A DNA stretch of 31,872 bases, from the NCBI GenBank assembly GCA_029287815.1, contig JARFQK010000263.1, positions 1 through 31,872 of the forward strand, in the 5' to 3' direction. This document shows, one piece after another, positions 19,437 through 29,117 of the stretch (position 1 is its first letter; each line of letters starts with the position of its first letter). The notes under the pieces were generated by a model. That model searched no databases and was not told the DNA's origin. It saw only the letters and a program-made list of their open reading frames with translations. This stretch comes from Gammaproteobacteria bacterium (GTDB lineage: Bacteria > Pseudomonadota > Gammaproteobacteria > SZUA-229). The position numbers and the translations under genes are program-made.

Positions 19437-19802
19437 TTATCCGGACAACACCATGTTCACGTGTTCGATCAGGCCTTTCTCCTGAATCGGCTTGACGAGA
19501 TAATCCCGTGCACCCTGACGTTTGGCCCACACCTTGTCGGTTTCCTGATCCTTGGTGGTCACTATGATGACCGGAATGTTCGCGGTCTGTGACTGCTTGC
19601 TGAGCTGGCGCGTCGCCTGGAAGCCATTCATGCCCGGCATGACCACATCCATCAGCACCAGATCAGGCATGTTAGCCTGCGCTTTTTCGACGCCAGCCTC
19701 ACCAGAGTTCGCAACCAGAACCTGATGACCGTGCTTCTCGAGAATTTTCTGCAGTACATGCAGCTCCGTTGGAGAATCATCAACTATCAATATCTTCGCC
19801 AT
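19437..19802 (-). CDS. pilH: CheY-like response regulator
   Basis: KILIVDDSPTE, PDLVLMDVVMPGMNGFQATR, TTKDQETDKVW..RQGA..YLVKP. Confidence 0.95.
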   Translation of the reverse strand: MAKILIVDDSPTELHVLQKILEKHGHQVLVANSGEAGVEKAQANMPDLVLMDVVMPGMNGFQATRQLSKQSQTANIPVIIVTTKDQETDKVWAKRQGARDYLVKPIQEKGLIEHVNMVLSG

Positions 19803-19846
19803 CACCCACTCACTATCATCAACTGTGCCGTATTACGCCCGCATCG

Positions 19847-20260
19847 TTAACCGACCGAGGCGTGCTCTTTAATCGCGCCGATCAGGTCTTCCTTGGTAAA
19901 CGGCTTGGTCAAGTACTGCGTTGAGCCAACGATTCTGCCGCGCGCACGGTCGAAAATACTGTCCTTACTGGAGAGCATTATCACCGGGGTTTCACTGAAA
20001 GCCTTATTGTTCTTGATCAATGCACACGTCTGATAGCCATCCAAACGCGGCATCATGATGTCAACAAAGATTATATTTGGCTTGGTTTCAGCGATTTTTG
20101 ATAACGCCTCAAAACCGTCAACGGCCGTAACCACTTCACAGCCCTCTTTCTTCAGGAGGTTTTCGGCTGTTCGACGGATCGTCTTGCTGTCGTCGATGAC
20201 CATCACTTTGAGGTCACTTAACTCAGCAACTTGTCCTGCCATTGCTGCACCATCATTCAT
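19847..20260 (-). CDS. pilG: CheY-like response regulator
   Basis: KVMVIDDSKTIRRTAE, IFVDIMMPRLDGYQTCALIKNN, LSSKDSIFDRARGRIVGS..YLTKPF. Start uncertain (20302, 20260 or 20242). Confidence 0.95.
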   Translation of the reverse strand: MNDGAAMAGQVAELSDLKVMVIDDSKTIRRTAENLLKKEGCEVVTAVDGFEALSKIAETKPNIIFVDIMMPRLDGYQTCALIKNNKAFSETPVIMLSSKDSIFDRARGRIVGSTQYLTKPFTKEDLIGAIKEHASVG

Positions 20261-20406
20261 TATTAGCCCTAGAGAGGTGGATATATCCAGAATGTAGACC
20301 ATGATATTTGTATTCGCAATGAATCTTCGGCGATAAGACTTTGAATTGTGTGTGAACAGAAATTCATTTACATTTGTCTGGTCGATAACCAGGCCGCAGA
20401 AAACAG

Positions 20407-21354
20407 ATGACTTTGAAACTCGGAATAGTGATGGACCCGATTGAACACATCAATGTCGCCAAGGACAGCAGTTTCGCGATGATGCTAGCCGCCCAGCGCC
20501 GTGGCTGGGAAATCTACTATATGAACCAGCGCCATTTATATTCCGAAGGCGGTGTCACGCGCGCAACAACGCGGGTACTGCGGCTGAGTGACAACGCCAG
20601 CGACTGGTTCAGTATTGTGGGTGAGCAGGATATCGCCCTCGCCGAGCTCGACGCGGTGCTGATGCGCAAAGATCCGCCTTTTGACATCGAATATATCACA
20701 ACAACCTGGCTGCTTGACAGCGCCGAACGCAACGGTACGCTTGTCGTGAACAAGCCAGCGAGCTTGCGCGACGCCAATGAAAAGCTGTTCATCACCTGTT
20801 TTCCGCAGTGTTGCGTGCCGATGCTCGTTAGCGGCGAACCTTCGCGGATTCGTCACTTCGTCGCCCAGCACCAGGACGTTATCTTGAAGCCACTTGACAG
20901 CATGGGTGGGCATTCAATTTTTCGGGTGCAACCGGACAACCAGAATCTGTCGGTAATACTCGAGCTGATGACTTTGGGCGGACACAAGACCATCATGGCT
21001 CAGCGTTTCATTCCTGAAATCAACGCGGGTGACAAACGTATACTGCTGATCGACGGTGAGCCTGTGCCCTTCGCGCTGGCACGCGTGCCAGCGGCTGGCG
21101 AAACCAGAGGTAACCTCGTTGCTGGCGCGACGGGCGTTGGCGTCGCCTTGACAGAAAGAGACTTATGGATTTGCAGCCAGGTCGCGCCGGTACTGCGCGA
21201 GATGGGCATACTGTTCGCCGGACTCGATGTAATCGGTGAATATCTGACAGAAATCAATATCACCAGTCCGACGTGCATCAGAGAGTTGGACCACCAGTAC
21301 GATCTCGATATCGGCGCGCAACTCATGGCGTGTATCGAATCCCGTCTCGGGTAA
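20407..21354 (+). CDS. gshB: Glutathione synthetase
   Basis: GIVMDPI, KDSSFAMM, MRKDPPFD, DANEK, KPLDSMGG, GDKRI, RGNL, GLDVIG, EINITSPT; divergent from pilG. Confidence 0.97.
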   Translation: MTLKLGIVMDPIEHINVAKDSSFAMMLAAQRRGWEIYYMNQRHLYSEGGVTRATTRVLRLSDNASDWFSIVGEQDIALAELDAVLMRKDPPFDIEYITTTWLLDSAERNGTLVVNKPASLRDANEKLFITCFPQCCVPMLVSGEPSRIRHFVAQHQDVILKPLDSMGGHSIFRVQPDNQNLSVILELMTLGGHKTIMAQRFIPEINAGDKRILLIDGEPVPFALARVPAAGETRGNLVAGATGVGVALTERDLWICSQVAPVLREMGILFAGLDVIGEYLTEINITSPTCIRELDHQYDLDIGAQLMACIESRLG

Positions 21355-21404
21355 CACCAGTGACACGAAATACAAACGTTTACTGATGATTGAGCGTCGT
21401 TCTG

Positions 21405-21434
21405 TTCACATTGCCATCGGATAACCACTATAAT
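21405..21434 (+). promoter_or_regulatory. Possible sigma70 promoter for the tonB-yqgE-yqgF-pyr operon
   Basis: TTCACA (21405-21410), 18-nt spacer, TATAAT (21429-21434). Confidence 0.4.
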
Positions 21435-21472
21435 CGGATGGCTTGTACATCAAATGCGATCTCATACAACCC

Positions 21473-22351
21473 ATGACTGCAGCAACGCGGCCACCACAGA
21501 TCACCGATATTGATCGTTTGGGAATGACTATGTTCCTGGCTGCGGTTTTTCATGGTATCTTGATTCTTGGAGTGAGCTTCAGCCTGTCACCACCGCCAGA
21601 TAACGAATTATTCCCTACGCTGGATGTCATTCTGGTTCAGACACAGAAACCTGCCGAGGCCGAAGATGCCGAGTACCTGGCGCAGGTTTCACAACAAGGC
21701 GGCGGCATCAGCGAAGAATCGAGCCGGCCCACCGATCTATTCACCGCACCCAGTCTTTCGAAAAAATCGGGTATCACGATGACAACATCCGAACCACAGC
21801 AGGCCAGCCGGCAACAGGATGAAAAGGTCGCCTTGTTACACCAGGACAATGCCAGCCATCGTGTTGACACTGACGACAAAAAACAGAATCCTGATGACCT
21901 TACGGTCGCAGACGACAACGAGCAGCAGCACAATGATAAACTTGCGCGCCTGGCGCAAGAACTCAGTACACAGATCGTCCACGAGGCCAAGAAAACGCGC
22001 ACCAGATACCTGAATTCCAGCACCCGCGAGTTTTTGCCGGCAGCATATATGCGTCAATGGATAAACCGGGTCGAACGCATCGGCAATCTTAATTACCCGG
22101 ATCGAGCAAGGCGTGAACAACTCAGCGGCACGCTAATCCTCGATGTAGTGATCAACGCGGACGGCGAATTGGTCAAGACCGATCTGAGGCAATCCTCCGG
22201 GCATCAAATACTGGATGACGCCGCCAAGCGTATCGTCAAGCTTGCCGCACCGTATGCGCCATTTCCACCAGAACTGCGTGAGGAAGTCGATGTCATACAT
22301 ATCACCAGAAGCTGGGAATTCCTGAATGACAACCGCCTGCGCACGAATTGA
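21473..22351 (+). CDS. TonB family protein (TonB3-like)
   Basis: N-terminal TM (LAAVFHGILILGVSF), LDVILV, YLAQ..QQGGG, C-terminal W..RVERIGNLNYP..I..DG..SSG..ILD.AA..V..AAP. Start ATG 21473 preferred over 21443. Confidence 0.88.
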   Translation: MTAATRPPQITDIDRLGMTMFLAAVFHGILILGVSFSLSPPPDNELFPTLDVILVQTQKPAEAEDAEYLAQVSQQGGGISEESSRPTDLFTAPSLSKKSGITMTTSEPQQASRQQDEKVALLHQDNASHRVDTDDKKQNPDDLTVADDNEQQHNDKLARLAQELSTQIVHEAKKTRTRYLNSSTREFLPAAYMRQWINRVERIGNLNYPDRARREQLSGTLILDVVINADGELVKTDLRQSSGHQILDDAAKRIVKLAAPYAPFPPELREEVDVIHITRSWEFLNDNRLRTN

Positions 22352-22359
22352 TCACGAGT

Positions 22360-22914
22360 ATGAACCATCTCACTGACCACTTTCTGATCGCGATGCCGGG
22401 ACTTGCTGACGACAATTTCAATCAATCGGTCACGTACATCTGCGAGCACGACGAAAACGGTACCTTTGGCATCGTCATAAACCGAGAATCGTCGGTGACG
22501 CTCGACGACGTCATGCAGCAGATGAACATTCCCTATCGTGTTGACAGCGCTGATGCGAACCTGGTCTACAGCGGCGGCCCGGTGCAGTCAAACCGTGGCT
22601 TTATCCTGCACCGTCCCACCGGCAACTGGGATTCCAGTCTGGTCATCAACGACGATGTCGCATTAACGACATCGCGCGACATACTTGAAGCGATTGCCGA
22701 CAACAAAGGCCCGGCCGATACCATTATTGCGCTTGGCTATGCCGGATGGGCACCTGGTCAGCTGGAACAGGAGCTGGCCGCCAATGCCTGGCTCAGTTGT
22801 CCCGCAGATCAACAGATCATCTTCAACACGCCGCTGGAAAAACGCTGGCAGGCAGCCGCTGGCCTGATTGGCATCGATCTGCAACTTTTGAGCTCGGACG
22901 CTGGACATGCATGA
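22360..22914 (+). CDS. yqgE: YqgE/AlgH family protein
   Basis: HFLIAMP, YICEHDENGTFGIVINR, GGPVQ..RGFILH, LGYAGWAPGQLEQE..NAWL. Confidence 0.95.
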   Translation: MNHLTDHFLIAMPGLADDNFNQSVTYICEHDENGTFGIVINRESSVTLDDVMQQMNIPYRVDSADANLVYSGGPVQSNRGFILHRPTGNWDSSLVINDDVALTTSRDILEAIADNKGPADTIIALGYAGWAPGQLEQELAANAWLSCPADQQIIFNTPLEKRWQAAAGLIGIDLQLLSSDAGHA

Positions 22915-23336
22915 CGGCATCTGAAATACGTTGCGTGTTGGGCTTTGATTTTGGTCTCAAACGTATCGGCATAGCCACCGGACAAACCATCACTGGTACA
23001 GCGACACCGCTCACCACATTGCAGACGAGAAATAGTGCCCCGGATTGGGAGCGTATCGCCGCCCACATCAACCAGTGGCATCCAGACGCATTGATCGTCG
23101 GCCTGCCCTTTCTGCCCAATGGCGAAGAGAGCGATATCACGCGCGCGGCACGCAACTTCGGCAAGCAGTTGCGAAAACGCTTCGACCTTCCTGTGTTTAC
23201 TATCGACGAGAGTTATTCTTCGCTCGCTGCCGAACAAGCATTGAGCGCTGATTTAAAAATAACCAAGCACAATAAGCATCAGATTGATAAAATGGCCGCG
23301 GCCATCATCGTACAGAGCTGGCTCAATTCACGATAA
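22911..23336 (+). CDS. yqgF: YqgF/RuvX RNase H-fold nuclease
   Basis: LGFDFGLKRIGIATG, VGLP, DESYSS, ID.MAAAIIVQSW; ATGA overlap with yqgE. Confidence 0.95.
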   Translation: MTASEIRCVLGFDFGLKRIGIATGQTITGTATPLTTLQTRNSAPDWERIAAHINQWHPDALIVGLPFLPNGEESDITRAARNFGKQLRKRFDLPVFTIDESYSSLAAEQALSADLKITKHNKHQIDKMAAAIIVQSWLNSR

Positions 23337-23360
23337 GCGCATTCAACAGGGCTTGTAGCT

Positions 23361-23858
23361 ATGGATGACATTGCCAAACCGGATCGACTTCTGGAGAAAC
23401 TGGCAGTCGATCTCAGACAGCTACTCGAGGAGCGCCAAATCGAAGATCCGCTGATGGTTGGTATCCATACCGGGGGGGTCTGGATTGCAAGCGCCCTACA
23501 CACCAAGCTCGGGTTGCCGCGACCACTGGCTACGCTGGACATCAGCTTTTATCGTGACGACTTTTCCCGCATTGGCATGAATCCGAAAGTGAAACCATCG
23601 AGCCTGCCACCGCAGGTAGAAGACAAACACATTATCCTGGTCGATGATGTACTGCAGACAGGCCGCACGATTCGTGCCGCGATGAATGAGATCTTCGACT
23701 ACGGGCGTCCTGCCAGCATTTCGCTGGTTTGCCTGGTCGATCGCAGTGGCCGTGAGCTCCCGATACAAGCAGATCTTGTCGGCCAGCATCTCCAGCTCGG
23801 TCCCGAGCAACACATCAAACTCAGCGGCCCTGAGCCGCTGGCCTTCGTCGTGACCTGA
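23361..23858 (+). CDS. pyrR: PyrR regulator / uracil phosphoribosyltransferase
   Basis: GIHTGG, LDISFYRDDF, LVDDVLQTGRTIRAA, LVDRSGRELPIQAD. Confidence 0.95.
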   Translation: MDDIAKPDRLLEKLAVDLRQLLEERQIEDPLMVGIHTGGVWIASALHTKLGLPRPLATLDISFYRDDFSRIGMNPKVKPSSLPPQVEDKHIILVDDVLQTGRTIRAAMNEIFDYGRPASISLVCLVDRSGRELPIQADLVGQHLQLGPEQHIKLSGPEPLAFVVT

Positions 23859-23920
23859 GCACCGAGCTATGCCGACGATACCGCCAAACCTAAAGAAATG
23901 GAGCCCGACAAATCGATGCT

Positions 23921-24949
23921 ATGGCTAATAAACCAAGCCGACAAACTGATCCAATGATCGGCCAGGATAGCTGGAACATTCAACTCGACAGCAACGGCAG
24001 ATTGAAACACTTTCTGACCATCGAAGGTCTGGGCAGTCAGATATTGACCGAGATTCTCGATACCGCAGAAAGCTTCGCCAATGTGAATGAACAACGCATG
24101 AAGAAGGTGCCGTTGTTGCGTGGAAAGACCATCGTCAATCTTTTCTTTGAAGCGAGCACACGAACACGAACGACCTTTGAGCTGGCCGCAAAAAGACTCT
24201 CGGCCGACATTTTGAACATCAACATCAGCACATCCGCGACCAGCAAGGGCGAATCCCTGCTGGACACACTGCAGAACCTGCAGGCAATGCTGTGTGACAT
24301 GTTCATCGTACGCCACTGCGATTCCGGTGCGGCACATTTCATCGCGGGCAATGTCGCACCCCATATCAGCGTTATCAACGCCGGCGATGGCCGCCACGCT
24401 CACCCCACGCAGGCGATGCTCGACATCTTCACGATCCGTCGCAACAAAGGGCATGACTTTGGCAGACTGCGTGTCGCGATCGTTGGCGACATACTGCATT
24501 CAAGGGTCGCCCGTTCTCAAATTCACGCACTCAATACACTCAACACCGGCGACGTGCGCGTGATAGCGCCAAAGACACTGCTGCCGACCGATATCGAGGA
24601 TATGGGCGTGACCGTCTTCAATGATCTGCAAACTGGCATCCGGGACGCCGATGTCGTTATCATGCTGCGACTGCAAAAGGAGCGTATGCAAGGTGCGCTG
24701 CTGCCGAGCGAGCATGAATATTACAGCCTCTATGGCTTGACCGAGGAGCGCCTGAGCGCTGCCAAGGCTGATGTCATTGTCATGCATCCAGGGCCGATCA
24801 ACCGCGGCGTGGAAATCGAATCCCGAGTGGCCGACGGAAACCGTTCCGTCATCCTCGACCAGGTCACCTATGGAATCTCGGTACGCATGGCAGTCATGTC
24901 GATGGTACTGGGCCGTCAACCCGAGCCAAACGAGAGCGGAGCACACTGA
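23921..24949 (+). CDS. pyrB: Aspartate carbamoyltransferase catalytic subunit
   Basis: [66 protein letters not shown]. True start may be 23955. Confidence 0.97.
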   Translation: MANKPSRQTDPMIGQDSWNIQLDSNGRLKHFLTIEGLGSQILTEILDTAESFANVNEQRMKKVPLLRGKTIVNLFFEASTRTRTTFELAAKRLSADILNINISTSATSKGESLLDTLQNLQAMLCDMFIVRHCDSGAAHFIAGNVAPHISVINAGDGRHAHPTQAMLDIFTIRRNKGHDFGRLRVAIVGDILHSRVARSQIHALNTLNTGDVRVIAPKTLLPTDIEDMGVTVFNDLQTGIRDADVVIMLRLQKERMQGALLPSEHEYYSLYGLTEERLSAAKADVIVMHPGPINRGVEIESRVADGNRSVILDQVTYGISVRMAVMSMVLGRQPEPNESGAH

Positions 24950-26226
24950 TGGAACGCCTGTTGGTTTCAAACGGCCTGATCCTGGATCCGGTGACGCAAT
25001 CGGTGAGAACAAGCAGTATCTATATCGCTGACGGCAAGATTATCGCGATAGACTATCAACCTGACGGTTTTCAAGCCGATCAGACCATCGACGCCAGCGG
25101 TTTGATCGTCAGCGCAGGGCTGGTTGATTTGTGTGCCCGGCTACGTGAACCAGGCCTCGAGTTCAAAGCAGATATCTGCAGCGAGACGCGTGCAGCCGCC
25201 GCAAGCGGTATCACGACGCTGTGTTGCCCGCCCGACACTGATCCGGTGATCGATGAGCCTGCAGTTGTCGAATTGATTCACCGTAAGGCTGCCAAAGCAG
25301 CATCGACCCTTGTGCTGACTTTGGGCGCGTTGACCAATGGACTCAAAGGTCAGCTGCTGAGCCAGATGTCTGCACTGCGAGCAGCCGGCTGTGTCGGCAT
25401 CAGCAATGGCCGCAATCCCGTGCCGAACACACTGATTTTGCGTCGCGCCTATGCCTATGCGGCCAACTGCGGTTTAACGGTGTTTATCGAGCCTGACGAT
25501 CACTGGCTCAGCGCCGGTGGCTGCGCTCACGATGGCCCGGTCGCCACCCGGCTTGGACTCCAGGGGATCGCCGTATCGGCTGAAACCGTCGCGATATCGC
25601 GCGCCCTTGAACTCATCCTGGAAACTGGCGTTAAAGCCCATTTCGGGCGACTCTCATCAGCCCATGGTGTTGAACTGATACGCCGGGCAAAGGAGCGAGG
25701 CATGGATATCACCGCCGATGTCGCCGCCCATCAACTATTCCTGAACGAGATGGATATCGGCAGCTTCAACAGCATGTGTCACGTCCTGCCCCCGTTACGC
25801 AGCCAGCGCGACATGGAAGCCTTGCGTCAAGGCTTAAAGGAAGGCGTCATCGATGCGGTCTGCTCCGATCATCAGCCCCACGATCCCGATGCAAAGCAAG
25901 CGCCTTTCGCAAGCACCGAGCCCGGCATATCGGCGCTTGAAACTTTACTGCCATTGACCTTGCGACTTGTCGATCACCAGGTCGTACCCACCTTCAGCGC
26001 ATTGAGTCTGATTAGCAGCCGACCAGCCGAAATTTTGGGCATCAACGCTGGTGTGCTCGCGGTCAACAGGCCGGCCGACCTCTGCGTCTACGCTCCGGAA
26101 CAGGAATGGCAGCTTGACCCCGCCGCCATGTTGAGCCGGGGAAAAAACACACCCTTCGCAGGCTGGCATTTCTCCGGAAAAGTCCGTCATACGATCATAG
26201 GTGGACAAGTGGTCTACCGCACGTGA
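24949..26226 (+). CDS. pyrC': Dihydroorotase-like PyrC' (probably catalytically inactive ATCase partner)
   Basis: Amidohydrolase fold, but the metal-binding HxH reads DLCARLREPG instead of DxHxHxREPG. Inactive PyrC' next to pyrB is established in pseudomonads. Confidence 0.85.
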   Translation: MERLLVSNGLILDPVTQSVRTSSIYIADGKIIAIDYQPDGFQADQTIDASGLIVSAGLVDLCARLREPGLEFKADICSETRAAAASGITTLCCPPDTDPVIDEPAVVELIHRKAAKAASTLVLTLGALTNGLKGQLLSQMSALRAAGCVGISNGRNPVPNTLILRRAYAYAANCGLTVFIEPDDHWLSAGGCAHDGPVATRLGLQGIAVSAETVAISRALELILETGVKAHFGRLSSAHGVELIRRAKERGMDITADVAAHQLFLNEMDIGSFNSMCHVLPPLRSQRDMEALRQGLKEGVIDAVCSDHQPHDPDAKQAPFASTEPGISALETLLPLTLRLVDHQVVPTFSALSLISSRPAEILGINAGVLAVNRPADLCVYAPEQEWQLDPAAMLSRGKNTPFAGWHFSGKVRHTIIGGQVVYRT

Positions 26227-26228
26227 TA

Positions 26229-26549
26229 ATGCACGGCATGGATCAGCCACTGTTCTTTGTCGGCCAGCTCGTACATCATCTCAAATTCGACTATCGGGGC
26301 GTTGTTATCGATGTCGATGCTGAGTTCTCGGGTACCGAAGAATGGTATCAGCAGGTTGCATTGAGCCGCCCTCCGAAGGACAAACCCTGGTACCACGTAC
26401 TGGTCCATCAGAGCAACCAGTTGACCTATGTCGCCGAACGTCACCTGGAGCCCGATCCCAGCCATGAACCGATCAGCCATCCGGCTATCGAACACTATTT
26501 CGAAGGTTTCGAAAACGGCGTCTACACGCTGGGGATGAATAGACAGTAG
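26229..26549 (+). CDS. hspQ: Heat shock protein HspQ (YccV-like)
   Basis: FFVGQLVHH..FDYRGVVIDVD..F...EEWY, PWYHVLV, TYVAE..L, HP.I..YF. Start uncertain (26223, 26229 or 26238). Confidence 0.9.
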   Translation: MHGMDQPLFFVGQLVHHLKFDYRGVVIDVDAEFSGTEEWYQQVALSRPPKDKPWYHVLVHQSNQLTYVAERHLEPDPSHEPISHPAIEHYFEGFENGVYTLGMNRQ

Positions 26550-26571
26550 CCGACTGCTTCCAGAGGGGTGA

Positions 26572-26638
26572 TGTTTCAACGCAAAGACGCAGAGGACGCA
26601 AAGTCTGATTCCGCGCTTTGCTCTGCGCTCTGGAAACA
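26572..26638. repeat. Family B repeat copy folded with a partial inverted copy
   Basis: AACGCAAAGACGCAGAGGACGCAAAG (26578-26603) equals the 4986 copy minus one 8-nt unit. CGCAGAG/CTCTGCG, CAAAG/CTTTG and TGTTTC/GAAACA can pair. Confidence 0.7.
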
Positions 26639-26675
26639 CATGCTCGTAGGGGCCAGGGATCTGTTGCCGATTATT

Positions 26676-26698
26676 GTGGGAGCGGCTACAGCCGCGAA
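26676..26698 (+). repeat. Single REP-like element
   Basis: GTGGGAGCGGCTACAGCCGCGAA, same layout as the 5136-5189 REPs (tetranucleotide, GAGCG, palindromic core, CGCGAA). Confidence 0.65.
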
Positions 26699-26716
26699 CT
26701 TCTTGTAAGTACGCGG

Positions 26717-27847
26717 TTACAAGTCCGATGAAGTATTGGGGAATTGCAATGTCTCCGACTGATCTCCCTGCTCCTCGATATCCTTGAACCCGCCGCCGAA
26801 GTTGATACGCCACTCCAGGTCGCTACTGGAATCGGCATTGGCCAGCGCCGTTTTCAGATCGACCTTACCTGCCTTGAACAAGGTATACAGTGACTGGTCG
26901 AAAGTCTGCATACCGACATCAGAGCCCTTCTCCATCACCTCCTTGATGCCATGGAAGTTACCATCGCGGATCAACTGACTGATATATGGTGTATTCATCA
27001 GTACTTCAGTCGCGACGACACGCTTGCCATCCGCCGACGCGACCAGCCGCTGCGCCATGATCGCGTTCAGATTCAGCGACAGATCCATCAGGATCTGGTT
27101 ATGGGCGTCGCTAGGAAAGAAGTTCAGAATCCTGTCCAGCGTCTGGTTAGCATTAGTTGCGTGCAGCGAGGTCAGGCACAGGTGTCCGGTGTCGGCATAG
27201 CGCAATGCCGATTCGATCGTCGTGCGATCGCGCACCTCACCGATCATGATCACATCCGGTGCCTCGCGCATCGCTTCGCACAACGCATTATCAAACGACA
27301 AGGTATCCAGGCCTACTTCGCGCTGACCGATAATGCATTTCTTGTGATGGAACATGAACTCGATCGGGTCCTCGATCGTCAGGATATGACCGGTTTCGAG
27401 CGAATTGCGATAGTCCAGCATCGCCGCAAGTGAGGTTGATTTACCGGTACCGGTCGCACCGACGACCAGCACGAGCCCTTTCTTTCGCTTCATGATGCGT
27501 TTATAGACTTCCGGTAGCCGCAAGCTCTCGATCGACGGGATGTCGGCCTTGATATAGCGGATCACCATCGAGACTTCGCCACGCTGCAAGTACAGGTTGA
27601 TGCGGAAGCGACCCAGGTCGGTATATGACATACCCATGTTGAACTCGAGATTTTTCTCAAAGTCCTTGATTTGCGCCGGGGACAGCAAATCGTAGGCGAG
27701 TTTACGGGTCATACCCGGCGCGAGCATGCTCTTGCCGACAGGCCGGATCTTGCCCTCTATGCGTACGCTAACCGGCGCACCGGTCGTAAAGTACATGTCA
27801 GAGGCGTGTTGCTCTGACATCAGTTTGAGATAGGCTTGCAAATTCAT
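26717..27847 (-). CDS. Second PilU-like retraction ATPase
   Basis: ASDMYFTTGAP, GATGTGKSTS, TIEDPIEF, QREVG.DT, APDVIMIGEVRD, GHLCLTSLHATNANQTLDRILNFFP. Confidence 0.92.
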   Translation of the reverse strand: MNLQAYLKLMSEQHASDMYFTTGAPVSVRIEGKIRPVGKSMLAPGMTRKLAYDLLSPAQIKDFEKNLEFNMGMSYTDLGRFRINLYLQRGEVSMVIRYIKADIPSIESLRLPEVYKRIMKRKKGLVLVVGATGTGKSTSLAAMLDYRNSLETGHILTIEDPIEFMFHHKKCIIGQREVGLDTLSFDNALCEAMREAPDVIMIGEVRDRTTIESALRYADTGHLCLTSLHATNANQTLDRILNFFPSDAHNQILMDLSLNLNAIMAQRLVASADGKRVVATEVLMNTPYISQLIRDGNFHGIKEVMEKGSDVGMQTFDQSLYTLFKAGKVDLKTALANADSSSDLEWRINFGGGFKDIEEQGDQSETLQFPNTSSDL

Positions 27848-27868
27848 CGCTGTGGTTCAGGACGCGGA

Positions 27869-29041
27869 CTAGCGGAGCACGCTGGCATTGGTGTTATCCG
27901 AGGTGTCCTCGACAGATAGCTTGTCGAGTCCTGACATCAGGTCCTGTTTTTTCGAGCCCTTGCTTTCCAGCTTGATTCGCAGACGCAGGTCATTCAACGA
28001 ATCGGCATTGCGCAACGCGTCCTCGTAGCTAATCTGGCCGGATTCAAACAGATTGAATAATGCCTGGTCGAATGTCTGCATTCCAAGTTCATTCGACTTT
28101 GAGATCAGCTCTTTGATCTCGTGCACGTTGCCCTTGAAGATCAGATCGGACATCAGCGGTGTGTTCAGCATGACTTCGACAGCCGGCACGCGGCCCTGAC
28201 GATCAGCGCTCGGTATCAGGCGCTGGGAGATGATCCCCTTCAGGTTCAGGGACAAATCCATGAGCAGCTGCGCACGCCGCTCCTCCGGGAAGAAGTTGAT
28301 GATTCGGTCCAACGCCTGGTTGGTGCTATTGGCGTGCAGAGTCGAGAGACAGAGGTGGCCGGTTTCGGCAAATGCGATCGCGTAATCCATGGTTTCGCGA
28401 TCGCGGATCTCACCGATCAGAATCACATCGGGGGCCTGGCGCAAGGTATTCTTCAGCGCTACTTCGTACGATTCCGTATCGACACCGATTTCGCGCTGGG
28501 TCACGATGCAATTTCTGTGATTGTGGATAAATTCGATCGGGTCCTCGATCGTGATGATATGACCCTTGCTGTTTTCATTGCGATAGCCGACCATGGCCGC
28601 GAGCGAGGTCGATTTGCCGGAACCGGTGGCGCCAACAAATATCACCAGCCCACGCGAGGTCATCGCAACATCTTGCAGCACCGGCGGCAAATCCAGATCG
28701 GCGAACTCGGGTATATCCGAGCGAATCACACGCAAGACAACGCCGACCGAGCCGCGCTGGGTGAAAGCATTGACGCGAAAACGCGAGACTCCGGGCAGGC
28801 TGATCGCAAAATTACATTCCTGAGTGGAATCGAATTCGGCCATCTGCCTGTCATTCATGATTGAACGCACCAGCACCTGGGTATGCTGAGGGCTCAATGA
28901 CTGGTTCGACAACGGTGTCATCTTGCCATTGACTTTCATCGACGGAACGGCGCCAGCGGTAATGAAGAGATCTGATCCCTCTTTCTGCACCATCATGCGC
29001 AGCAGGTCATGCATGTAGCGTATGGCCTTATCGCGATCCAT
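27869..29041 (-). CDS. pilU: Type IV pilus retraction ATPase PilU
   Basis: GSDLFITAG, GATGSGKSTS, QAPDVILIGEIRD, LHANSTNQALDRIINFFPEE; start ATG 29041. Confidence 0.95.
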   Translation of the reverse strand: MDRDKAIRYMHDLLRMMVQKEGSDLFITAGAVPSMKVNGKMTPLSNQSLSPQHTQVLVRSIMNDRQMAEFDSTQECNFAISLPGVSRFRVNAFTQRGSVGVVLRVIRSDIPEFADLDLPPVLQDVAMTSRGLVIFVGATGSGKSTSLAAMVGYRNENSKGHIITIEDPIEFIHNHRNCIVTQREIGVDTESYEVALKNTLRQAPDVILIGEIRDRETMDYAIAFAETGHLCLSTLHANSTNQALDRIINFFPEERRAQLLMDLSLNLKGIISQRLIPSADRQGRVPAVEVMLNTPLMSDLIFKGNVHEIKELISKSNELGMQTFDQALFNLFESGQISYEDALRNADSLNDLRLRIKLESKGSKKQDLMSGLDKLSVEDTSDNTNASVLR

Positions 29042-29117
29042 CTCGCACCACCTCACTGAAATTGAGCATCATTAGAAAAGTATAGCCAGTCCACCACTGA
29101 ATTCATGATTCGACGGT

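Noticed and set aside
20341-20368. CRP/Vfr site between pilG and gshB
   Set aside because: A TGTGA half-site is present but the second half (ATTCA) does not match TCACA.
23337-23920. PyrR-binding RNA attenuator
   Set aside because: The gaps before pyrR (24 bp) and pyrB (62 bp) contain no recognisable binding loop or terminator.
24949-26226. Active dihydroorotase, or a novel pseudoenzyme
   Set aside because: Loss of the HxH ligands matches the known inactive PyrC' subunit, so it is neither active nor novel.
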